From NCBI GenBank assembly GCA_903859075.1, contig CAIOLF010000046.1, positions 20,671-84,670 of the forward strand: a DNA stretch of 64,000 nt. The letters are read 5' to 3'. The translations under genes were made by a program, and so were the position numbers. The notes beneath the pieces were generated by a model that searched no databases, was not told the origin of the DNA, and saw only the letters and a list, made by a program, of their open reading frames with translations. Positions 56,405-64,000 of the stretch are shown here, one piece after another. The number at the start of each line of letters is the position of its first letter. Position 1 is the stretch's first letter. Source of the stretch: Candidatus Buchananbacteria bacterium. Its GTDB lineage: Bacteria > Patescibacteriota > Patescibacteriia > 2-01-FULL-39-33.

Positions 56405-58396
56405 TTATTTAATTCTTTTTGGGCGAGGAGTTGATTCCAGTTGTAATATCAGATCGCTTATTGTTCTAAGTAGTTTACGGTCGTATTGATATTTTACCCA
56501 GCCATGGCTTAAGGCCAAACTCTTAAAGGGAATTAGAATTTCTTTGGTGATGTCGACCAGGCTAAACATCCATTTCATGCGAGTCGGAGTTTCTTGGTAT
56601 TCTGTCAGCAAGGTAGTTTTGACGTGACTGGCCAAATTAATTATCAAATCAACAGTCAGATCAATGGCTCCTGATTTCCAAAGTAGTTCATTGATATGAA
56701 GCTTATCTTTAGCGGATAGCTCTTTATCGGCTAATGCCGTAAAGAGAAATCTTTTCTCTTTTTTATCAAGTTTCGATGAATAAAAAGCGATGGAGTAAGG
56801 CAGATCGATTTTGCCTTCTTTAATATCGGAATGCGAAATGCCCTTCATACTGTGGCTCATGCCGCTAATTTTTTCAATCACCAAGTAATCAGCCAGATCA
56901 TTTCTGATCATTTGGATCAAGCCATAGTACAAGCCTATTAAGGGAGAAATTTTATCAATTTGCTTGCCATTAAGAACCTGGGCTTCTTTATTTCCGGCCT
57001 GGGCGGCCAGCTCGCCGACGGCTTCATAAAAGCCGCCGCAAATGCCGTAAATTCTTTTGATATATAACTTGCAGATGGCTCGCAGTCCCAATTTATTTAA
57101 AAGTTTTTTCTTTTGGCTGGAACTAAAAGTCAGTTTCAAATCCAGAACTTGGCCTTGATACATTAATTCATTGTAATCATTTAAAATTCCCGCCAATCTC
57201 TCGGCCAGTTGCGGCTTGGGACGAGCTATTAAAAATAAGTATTTTAGGGCTAATAAATGCCCGGTAAGTCCGGTAAAAATAGCATTCCGGCGGCCGAATT
57301 GTTTCCAGACTGTTGGGATGTTTTGTCGATAATCAGAGCTATCGAAGGTGTCATCGAGACTATAAGTATTCATCCAATTATACAACTCAATAATTGCTCC
57401 CATTTCATAAGGGAAATCTGGATCTTTAATAAACTTTTGCTCTCTAATCAGATGATGATTAACCAGGTCATAGAGTTCAAAAAATAGTTCCGGGCGAGTT
57501 TTTATGATGCCGGCATGTCGATTTTTGATCTTTAAAAACGGCGGCACAATGGAATGTTTTAGAATACTGACTATATTTTCTTTTTTTGGGGCCCAATGCT
57601 TGATTACGGCGGCTAAAGCTGAGTTGATGTTTTTTTCTGTTAGTCGGTTCCGGAGATGAGCGGAAACTTTTCTTTCTATTTCGCAAACTTTAAGATAATC
57701 GGAGTCATTATTAAATCGGCATTGTTTTAGCCCAGTCAATAATTTATAAATAGTCTTATCAGCCGTTGTTTCAGTAAAGGTCATTTCCGCCAAACGTTTT
57801 TCCCCGAATAAATCTCTGGCTCTCTCATCAACTTGATAGTTAATGATTCCGGAACGGGAATAAATCGAGCGGTAGTAGTTTGTCAGATATTCAATAATTT
57901 TAGATTCCAGTTGGTTTTTTGAAGGAGCATATAATACGGTGGTGTGGACGAATTTAGGATGATTGCGGCAGGTCTCGGCGACTTTTTCATCAGTGGTCAG
58001 CACCGCATTAATGCTAAAGCTTACCATCCACTGCAAATTGTAATAATCCAAATGATCCAAATCTTCGATCAGCATAATTATTGGTTTGCTCTGGCTGATG
58101 GCATAGCCGCATTCCCAGGTGCTGTCAGTGCCGGTCGGCGACCCGTCAGCCGGTCGGTACTTTTTCATATACACCAGCAAGGCATCAGCGTGGTTGATTT
58201 CATTGAGGTCATAGCAGGCAATGCCAATGGGCATAAAGCGGTGATCACTGGGTCCGCCTAAAGATCCCGGCTCGAATAAATAAACTTTTTTATTAAAAAA
58301 TTCTGAATACTTTGGCTTGAAAAAATCTTTCCAAATGCCAATGCCGCCGGCTAAATAAAGCTGGTATTTAAAAGCTGATTTTTGATTTTTAGCCAT
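56405..58396 (-). CDS. mirror copy of 9339-11330: NDT/LOG-like plus polyprenyl-synthase-like fusion protein
   Basis: Identical 663-aa protein. Confidence 0.65.
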   Translation of the reverse strand: MAKNQKSAFKYQLYLAGGIGIWKDFFKPKYSEFFNKKVYLFEPGSLGGPSDHRFMPIGIACYDLNEINHADALLVYMKKYRPADGSPTGTDSTWECGYAISQSKPIIMLIEDLDHLDYYNLQWMVSFSINAVLTTDEKVAETCRNHPKFVHTTVLYAPSKNQLESKIIEYLTNYYRSIYSRSGIINYQVDERARDLFGEKRLAEMTFTETTADKTIYKLLTGLKQCRFNNDSDYLKVCEIERKVSAHLRNRLTEKNINSALAAVIKHWAPKKENIVSILKHSIVPPFLKIKNRHAGIIKTRPELFFELYDLVNHHLIREQKFIKDPDFPYEMGAIIELYNWMNTYSLDDTFDSSDYRQNIPTVWKQFGRRNAIFTGLTGHLLALKYLFLIARPKPQLAERLAGILNDYNELMYQGQVLDLKLTFSSSQKKKLLNKLGLRAICKLYIKRIYGICGGFYEAVGELAAQAGNKEAQVLNGKQIDKISPLIGLYYGLIQMIRNDLADYLVIEKISGMSHSMKGISHSDIKEGKIDLPYSIAFYSSKLDKKEKRFLFTALADKELSAKDKLHINELLWKSGAIDLTVDLIINLASHVKTTLLTEYQETPTRMKWMFSLVDITKEILIPFKSLALSHGWVKYQYDRKLLRTISDLILQLESTPRPKRIK

Positions 58397-58476
58397 AATG
58401 ACTTAGATATTGCTAATTTTATTTTAGCATTTTTTGTTTAATTTTAAAAGACGCCCGGTCGGGCGTCTTTTAAAAT

Positions 58477-59595
58477 CTATCTGATGGAATCGTAGCCCCC
58501 AGGAACTCCATGAGGCGAAAGCACTATCTGCCAGAGCTGGATGGAGCGGGCGCGGAAGGCGCCGGCGCAACAGAGCAGGTAATACCGCCACATACGGTAG
58601 AATTTTTCGCTGTAACTATTTTTGAGCTGCGGCCAGGCGGTTTCAAAATTCTCTTTCCAAGCCATCAATGTCTTATCGTAATAGATTCCGAAGTTATGCA
58701 GATCTTCAATGACAAAGATTTTTTCCGCGGCGGTGGCAATCTGTTTGACCGACGGCAGTTGGCCGTTGGGGAAAATGTATTTGCCGATCCAGGGATCGGT
58801 GCTGTTGCCGGATTTGAGACTGCCAATAGTATGGAGCATTGAGAGGCCGTCCGGCTTCAAGCAGCGCTTGGCCACTTCCATGTAAGTGCGGTAATTTTTC
58901 ACTCCCACATGTTCAAACATGCCGACGGAAATCACCCGGTCGAATTTTTCATTTAAGGTGCGATAGTCTTGCAAGCGGAATTCCACCGGCAGTCCGGTGC
59001 ACAATTCAGTCGCCAATTTAGCTTGTTCTTTAGAAACAGTGAGGCCCACGGCGCTGACGTTGTAATTTTTGGCGGCGTGCCTGACCAGGCTGCCCCAGCC
59101 GGAACCGATATCTAAGATTTTCATGTCCGGCCGCAAATATAATTTTTTGCAGATCAGATCAAGCTTGGCTTCCTGCGCCTCGTCCAAAGTGGAAGCGTTT
59201 TTCCAGTAGCCACAGCTGTAAGCCATGGTTTTCCCGAGCATGGCGACAAACAAGTCATTGCCGGTATCGTAATGCTTCTCGCCGACTTGGAAAGCGCGCC
59301 GCACTCCTTGCATATTGATCAGCTTGGCTTTTAAAAATCCTAGGATAATAGGCAGCGATAGCCCGAGGCGCTCATGAATGTTTATTGAAAGTAGCCGATG
59401 GAAAAATTCATCCAGGCGCTCGCACTCCCACCAGCCGTCCACGTAAGCATCGCCAAGTCCCAGCGATCCCTCCGCCTTGACGCGATCGTAAAGTTTGGGG
59501 TTTTTAATTTGCGGATCCCAATGATTGGGGCCGTCTAGCCGGATGCCGGTCGGCTCAATCACTTGATTGATCCATTTTTTTAGGCCTGCAGACAT
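58477..59595 (-). CDS. cfa: mirror copy of 8140-9258: cyclopropane-fatty-acyl-phospholipid synthase
   Basis: Identical 372-aa protein. Confidence 0.9.
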   Translation of the reverse strand: MSAGLKKWINQVIEPTGIRLDGPNHWDPQIKNPKLYDRVKAEGSLGLGDAYVDGWWECERLDEFFHRLLSINIHERLGLSLPIILGFLKAKLINMQGVRRAFQVGEKHYDTGNDLFVAMLGKTMAYSCGYWKNASTLDEAQEAKLDLICKKLYLRPDMKILDIGSGWGSLVRHAAKNYNVSAVGLTVSKEQAKLATELCTGLPVEFRLQDYRTLNEKFDRVISVGMFEHVGVKNYRTYMEVAKRCLKPDGLSMLHTIGSLKSGNSTDPWIGKYIFPNGQLPSVKQIATAAEKIFVIEDLHNFGIYYDKTLMAWKENFETAWPQLKNSYSEKFYRMWRYYLLCCAGAFRARSIQLWQIVLSPHGVPGGYDSIR

Positions 59596-59670
59596 ATTTT
59601 TTGACTGATTAATTATGGCGATATTCTAGCAATTTTAATAAAGTTTGGCAATAACTCCGATTACCATTTT

Positions 59671-60366
59671 TTATTCTTTGATCTCGGCGGCTTTGTCTTT
59701 TTTCCGTTTTATTTTTTTAACAATGTAAATAATGACGGCGATTACTACGGCAACTATTGTTACCAGATACAAAACATAAACTCCAATTTGGTTGAATAAG
59801 AATGTCCACCAGGGTTTGCCAAAGAAGTCGGCCTTAAGCCGTGGCAGCAAAATCAAGGTTTTTATCATTTCAGTCAGCGGAAAAGATTCTGTTTCACCGA
59901 CGGCTAACACATACTTACCTTGATTATCAGGATTAAAAACTTTAATGGTATAAATGCCGGCATAGGCATCGGCTCTGACTTCCGGACCCTTGAAGTAGCC
60001 GTCGCCGGCATATTCCTCATACATATAGCTCCAAGAAGTGTTTTGTCCGTCAAGAAATAACAATTTTTTCTTTACCTTGGTGCTGTCTTCATAATCCACT
60101 TGCGCGGAAAAATCTTCGCGGGCTCCTGTGATGTCGGGAGTCAAGAGATTCAGGTATAGCTTGAATGATTTTGTTGATTTAATGATATAAGTGGCCGGCT
60201 CTTCTTTGAGCTCGCCATAAAAGGCCTGGGAGATTTCCGGATTACTGACAGTAATCGGACCGCTCACGGTGACTAGGCGCGGCTGATGCGCCAGAGCGGC
60301 TTGGCCGATAAAGAGTCCCAGAGCCAAGATGATTAGCAAAGTGATGATGTTTTTCATATATTCCAT
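59671..60366 (-). CDS. mirror copy of 7369-8064: secreted/membrane-anchored protein
   Basis: Identical 231-aa protein. Confidence 0.6.
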   Translation of the reverse strand: MEYMKNIITLLIILALGLFIGQAALAHQPRLVTVSGPITVSNPEISQAFYGELKEEPATYIIKSTKSFKLYLNLLTPDITGAREDFSAQVDYEDSTKVKKKLLFLDGQNTSWSYMYEEYAGDGYFKGPEVRADAYAGIYTIKVFNPDNQGKYVLAVGETESFPLTEMIKTLILLPRLKADFFGKPWWTFLFNQIGVYVLYLVTIVAVVIAVIIYIVKKIKRKKDKAAEIKE

Positions 60367-60471
60367 TAACTATTATACAGTCATTTTATCATATTTTTGC
60401 TTCCAAAACGAGCCCTTGCCAAAAGAGCGGGCCTGTATTATGATGAGCCCAAGAAAGGAGGAATCAAACAT

Positions 60472-60960
60472 ATGGCAAAAGAAAAGAAGATTCTGACGCT
60501 GTGCCTGCTCTGCCGCGATGGCCGAGTTGCCTTGGCTAAGAAGCTTCGCGGTTGGGGTGCCGGCAAGTGGAACGGTTACGGCGGTAAAGTTGAGCCGGGA
60601 GAGACCATCGAAGCGGCAACTATCAGGGAAACCGCCCAGGAGTCGGAGGTGGAGATTAGTCCTTTGCAGTTGCAAAAGGCGGCCGAGCTAGAGTTCCATT
60701 TTGTCGGTGATAGCCTAGTGAGACAAATGCACGTCTTCATTTGCCGGCACTGGAAGGGGGAGTCGAGGGAAACTGAGGAAATGGGTGAACCTCGCTGGTT
60801 TACGGCAGAAGAGCTGCTTCAGGTAAAAGACGAGATGTGGCCCGCTGATCCGCTTTGGTTGCCAGTCGTACTCAATGGTCGAAAAGTCAGGGGAACGTTT
60901 TACTACAATGCTGGCGGAAGCACGGTGGAGGATTACGAGTTGGAAGATAGCATTTTCTAA
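60472..60960 (+). CDS. mirror copy of 6775-7263: NUDIX hydrolase
   Basis: Identical protein. Confidence 0.8.
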   Translation: MAKEKKILTLCLLCRDGRVALAKKLRGWGAGKWNGYGGKVEPGETIEAATIRETAQESEVEISPLQLQKAAELEFHFVGDSLVRQMHVFICRHWKGESRETEEMGEPRWFTAEELLQVKDEMWPADPLWLPVVLNGRKVRGTFYYNAGGSTVEDYELEDSIF

Positions 60961-61064
60961 AGATGTTTTTTTCGGATAGGGTATGTTTGGGATCGGCTAT
61001 GGCTGATCCTTTTTTTTGCAAAAAAAAGAAACAGCTCAAAAACTTGCGTTTTCGAGCTGGATAA

Positions 61065-61697
61065 TTATTGTTCTCTAATGACCCATCCTCCTCCATCAGG
61101 ATCGGTTTCGATCAGACCTCGGCCATCTAGTCGGTCGATTGCCTCACCGACCTTGTCCTCGATTTCGCCATCCTCCGTATCCTTCGGGATGAGCCACGAA
61201 TCGGACCCGCCTTGATCACGGATTCGCTCTTTGGCATCGTCGGTGGAAATCGGCCCTTCGTATTTGACGGTTTCCAGGATAACTTGCTCCCAGCCATCAT
61301 CGTCTTCTACGAGATTCTTCTCCATCGTGGTTTGTTGCGCGCGCGGACGTTTAGCGGGCGTTGGCCTCTCAGTAACGCGCATCGGCTTGACGATGCCGTT
61401 CTCGTCCTCATATAAAGAGTACTTAGCGATGGCCAGTCGGAAGCCATTGTCAATTAGGGTCGACGAAGTTGAACTCAAGTCAAAGCCGACTTCCGGCGCG
61501 TAGGCCTTGGCTACTTCTAGCAGTTGCTGGAAGGTAAGCCAATGGTCGAACAGCTTGATCAGTAACGGAAATAGCGGCTGCACCTGCTCCACGTTTATTG
61601 GCCGGATCAGGCGGAGCGGGTCTACTTCCGGTCTTTGGCAAAAGGGTAAGGGGCTTCCTCCTTGACCCACCAATGCTCTGGAAGCTTGGCGTCGCAA
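61065..61697 (-). CDS. mirror copy of 6038-6670: hypothetical acidic protein
   Basis: Identical 210-aa protein. Confidence 0.4.
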   Translation of the reverse strand: MRRQASRALVGQGGSPLPFCQRPEVDPLRLIRPINVEQVQPLFPLLIKLFDHWLTFQQLLEVAKAYAPEVGFDLSSTSSTLIDNGFRLAIAKYSLYEDENGIVKPMRVTERPTPAKRPRAQQTTMEKNLVEDDDGWEQVILETVKYEGPISTDDAKERIRDQGGSDSWLIPKDTEDGEIEDKVGEAIDRLDGRGLIETDPDGGGWVIREQ

Positions 61698-62662
61698 GCG
61701 TAATTTGGGCGGTTCATTCGCAAGAACTGGCCGACCTCGATACGGATCTCATCATCATCTTTGTCCGCGGTCATAAAGCCGGAGTGATCCGACTCTTTGA
61801 CCGCCTTGACGATCCGGTCGAGGATCAGCCCTTTTTTTTTCCCGCACAGGAGTGCGTTGAGGAAGGACTGTCTCAGTTCCCGCAATTCGGTGGGTTTCTG
61901 GGCTGGCGGAGCACCCAAGTTCGATTGCTTCGGGGGTCGGACATTCCGCCCGTCGGCTTGCTCGTCCGGCTTTGGCGCCTTGGCTTCCGCCGTTGTCGTG
62001 CTGCGCCAGACGGCCTTGTGCGTTTCACCGACGTTCTCAATCAGTTCCGCTTCACGCAGCGATTGGATCATGGCGAAGACGCGCGTGGCGACTACTGAGC
62101 GTTCCTCGTGTTTCGGATTGATGGTCTCATCCGTGACTGCGAAATCCACCAACTCAGAGGAAGCGATTCCTTTACTGCCGTGACGGACAATCTCATTGAA
62201 CAGGGACTCGTTTTTGCTTCCGGTTCGCGGTCCCGCTCCCGTCGCTTTACGCGTCCGCGGGATTTTTGGCGGTCGCTTTTTGATCTTGCGTTTCGTAACT
62301 TTCTTTTTCACCGGCGGTTTGCGGCTGGCTTTGCCCGCGGGCTTAACTTCGGCCTCGGGCGGCTTGGCCGCCTGGCCGTTGATGAGCCGGGTGATTCTCC
62401 TTTCATTACGCCCGGTTTCTCTTAGACCCAGCCGGATTTGCGTCAGTTTTCTTTCCAGCTTGGTCCGCCGTCCTTCCAAGATCGCCCGTTGCTTGACCTG
62501 ATTGGCGAGCATGGTTTCCGCCATTCTGGCCAAGGTTTGCAATTGTCTCTCTTTGTCCGTTCCCAGACGTCGCAGGAAGCTTTGGATTTGCCTCGGCGTC
62601 AGCAGCGATGGTGGCGCTTCGGCTGGATTTTTCACAATGGCCGTTAGGCTCTTAGCTGCCAT
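61622..62662 (-). CDS. mirror copy of 5073-6113: Lys/Arg-rich hypothetical protein
   Basis: Identical protein. Confidence 0.55.
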   Translation of the reverse strand: MAAKSLTAIVKNPAEAPPSLLTPRQIQSFLRRLGTDKERQLQTLARMAETMLANQVKQRAILEGRRTKLERKLTQIRLGLRETGRNERRITRLINGQAAKPPEAEVKPAGKASRKPPVKKKVTKRKIKKRPPKIPRTRKATGAGPRTGSKNESLFNEIVRHGSKGIASSELVDFAVTDETINPKHEERSVVATRVFAMIQSLREAELIENVGETHKAVWRSTTTAEAKAPKPDEQADGRNVRPPKQSNLGAPPAQKPTELRELRQSFLNALLCGKKKGLILDRIVKAVKESDHSGFMTADKDDDEIRIEVGQFLRMNRPNYACDAKLPEHWWVKEEAPYPFAKDRK

Positions 62663-62917
62663 AACACAGTCTCTCCTTTCCGTCAATACTTACTCCTATG
62701 TCTTCTATGCCATGCGAAGTCATTCAAACCTCGCTCTCTAACCGATTTAGTAGGTACTGCAATAGTTTTAACATACTAAAAATAAATGGTCAAATGGCCT
62801 AATTATGCACCATGATAGGGGCATATTTTTTTAAATAATAAGGGACATTCGCTTATTTGGACGGCAATAAAAAAGACCCTCCTGAAACCAGGAGGGTCTT
62901 TGGGAAACTTGCTTTCT

Positions 62918-63190
62918 TTATTTTTTCTTCTTTCTTTTGGCCATCTTTTTTACGGCGCGGATGCCGGCTAAAAGCGCCAGCGTACCGGCCACGCCGGTGA
63001 TGATTTTTTTCTTGGTGTCTTTGTCCAATTTTTGGTAGCGACTGCGTACCTCTTTGAGGGCGGCGACTAAGTCATCGCCGATTTTTTTGAAGCCGTCGAC
63101 GGCAACCTGGCCGCGGATCGGCGCTGCTTTTTCGGCGGCCATTTTACCAGCTGCGCTTTTTTTGGCAGCGGTTTTTCTGGAGATAGGCAT
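62918..63190 (-). CDS. mirror copy of 4545-4817: small basic protein
   Basis: Identical 90-aa protein. Confidence 0.5.
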   Translation of the reverse strand: MPISRKTAAKKSAAGKMAAEKAAPIRGQVAVDGFKKIGDDLVAALKEVRSRYQKLDKDTKKKIITGVAGTLALLAGIRAVKKMAKRKKKK

Positions 63191-63472
63191 ATTGTTTAAA
63201 GTTATTATTTAGTCAGTTTAATTATAGCAGATAAATTGCATCTTGACACGAGGCCAAAAATCGTTTATAATTACGGCAGTTATTTTAGCATTTATAACGT
63301 TCCTTACGTAAGCTTGCAGTGTTGCTGATTGTTCGCTCGTCGCGGACTTCAGCCAATTTCCTTAGCCGGCTTCGAAGTAGAAAACGACTCCCAAAAGCAT
63401 TCCTTCACGGTAAGGTTTGTAGAGATGTTTTTTCGTATATTTGAGGCCTCGGCCGAGCATGGAGGTAAGTCG

Positions 63473-63925
63473 ATGACGCATCTAGTGTTGCTGTTGGCCA
63501 TAACGCAGCTGGTGCCCGGAGGTGGCACTGCTGCTACGCGGCCAATCTCGAAGCTTCTGCCGCCAGTGTCAGTGGTAAGCTGGTACAGGCAGGGGACCCA
63601 GACAGCCAGCGGTGAGGAGTTTTTTCCCGCCGGCTATACTGCGGCGTCCCGCACGCTGCAGTTTGATACGGAGGTACTTCTGCTTTACTCGGAAAATTGG
63701 CTTGACCTGTCAACCTGGCGGTTTTGCAAGGTCAGGATCAATGACCGAGGTCCGTCAAAGCCAGAAAGGGATCTCGATATTTCCGAAGGAGCGGCCGACC
63801 AGCTAGGCCTCAAAAAGAAGGGAGTGGCTCCAATGTTTGCTCTCGTCTTGCCTAAGCGGCCGGGCCCCAGGGCCAGTTTGCCGCCAATGGCCAGTTTGCC
63901 AATGTTAGCTTCTCACGATTCGTGA
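63473..63925 (+). CDS. mirror copy of 3810-4262: RlpA-like DPBB protein
   Basis: Identical protein. Confidence 0.7.
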   Translation: MTHLVLLLAITQLVPGGGTAATRPISKLLPPVSVVSWYRQGTQTASGEEFFPAGYTAASRTLQFDTEVLLLYSENWLDLSTWRFCKVRINDRGPSKPERDLDISEGAADQLGLKKKGVAPMFALVLPKRPGPRASLPPMASLPMLASHDS

Positions 63926-63938
63926 GAAGCTGTTTTTT

Positions 63939-64000
63939 TTATTTTGCGGCGGTTTTGACTGGCAACATATTTTTTTTATCATCCCGCGTATGCAGCAGGC
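63939..64000 (-). CDS. mgtA: 3'-terminal 62 nt of the mirrored MgtA-type ATPase copy (gene continues beyond the right window edge)
   Basis: Reverse complement of 3735-3796, encoding the ...LLHTRDDKKNMLPVKTAAK C-terminus and stop. Confidence 0.5.
   Translation of the reverse strand, partial: LLHTRDDKKNMLPVKTAAK

Larger units (their letters stand above)
3735..64000. repeat. Window-scale perfect inverted repeat: left arm 3735-33867, right arm 33868-64000, no spacer; arms probably extend beyond the window's right edge
   Basis: Every ORF in 3735-33867 has a twin on the opposite strand with identical protein sequence and length. Twin coordinates always sum to 67735 (e.g. 3810+63925, 8140+59595, 19006+48729, 31793+35942), so there are no indels over 30 kb. 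Nucleotide identity was spot-checked at 3741-3900 against the reverse complement of 63836-63995, and at the axis 33820-33915. Promoters and terminators listed for the left arm recur at 67735 - x and are not listed separately. Confidence 0.97.

Noticed and set aside
33868-64000. Treating the right-arm genes as a second, paralogous set (gene duplication, dosage)
   Set aside because: They are base-for-base reverse complements of the left arm with no divergence. They carry no independent information and most likely do not exist as separate loci.
1-64000. rRNA genes, riboswitches, CRISPR-Cas or other defence-system genes
   Set aside because: Nothing resembling 16S/23S/5S conserved segments, known riboswitch cores or Cas/restriction motifs was recognised by eye. 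Absence is not proven without covariance-model searches.

Overview
Positions about 3735-64000 form a perfect inverted repeat with no spacer: two arms of at least 30.1 kb each meet between 33867 and 33868. Every ORF, tRNA, promoter and terminator at coordinate x in the left arm recurs as its exact reverse complement at 67735 - x. Only about 33.9 kb of the window is therefore unique sequence. The most likely cause is a fold-back chimera from amplification or long-read sequencing. A real hairpin telomere, a head-to-head dimer junction or a recent palindromic duplication cannot be excluded from sequence alone. The unique arm reads like a segment of a small-genome bacterial chromosome, with features typical of Patescibacteria/CPR (inference from gene content; GC content is mosaic; several genes use TTG start codons). 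Left to right it contains: (1) a partial VanW-like membrane protein, a DUF3006-like small protein, an Hsp20, an MgtA-type P-type ATPase and an RlpA-like protein; (2) a GC-rich block of two hypothetical proteins; (3) a NUDIX hydrolase, a secreted or membrane protein and cyclopropane-fatty-acyl-phospholipid synthase; (4) a 663-aa fusion of a nucleoside 2-deoxyribosyltransferase/LOG-like domain with a trans-polyprenyl-diphosphate-synthase-like domain, adjacent to CYTH, pyrimidine 5'-nucleotidase-like and hypothetical genes; (5) a polyprenol/dolichol-kinase-like membrane protein and a DEAD-box helicase; (6) a radical-SAM/HD gene split by a frameshift in an A7 run; (7) GC-rich hypothetical and S51 peptidase genes behind near-consensus sigma-70 promoters, then a coiled-coil protein; (8) a TrmB regulator divergent from an AT-rich operon (APS/PAPS-reductase-like, CysK-like PLP enzyme, radical SAM/SPASM) that abuts three tRNA genes (His-GTG, Arg-CCG, Arg-TCT); (9) a glycosylation cluster (GT-C membrane protein, archaeal-type PGI/PMI, GT-C membrane protein) and a GC-rich lipoprotein; (10) five tandem divergent TrbC/VirB2-like pilin paralogs, a family-1 solute-binding lipoprotein preceded by a triple 15-bp tandem repeat, and a GC-rich hypothetical gene whose 3' flank is the palindrome axis. 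No rRNA, CRISPR array, transposase or integrase was recognised. All functional calls rest on motif recognition by eye, not database searches.
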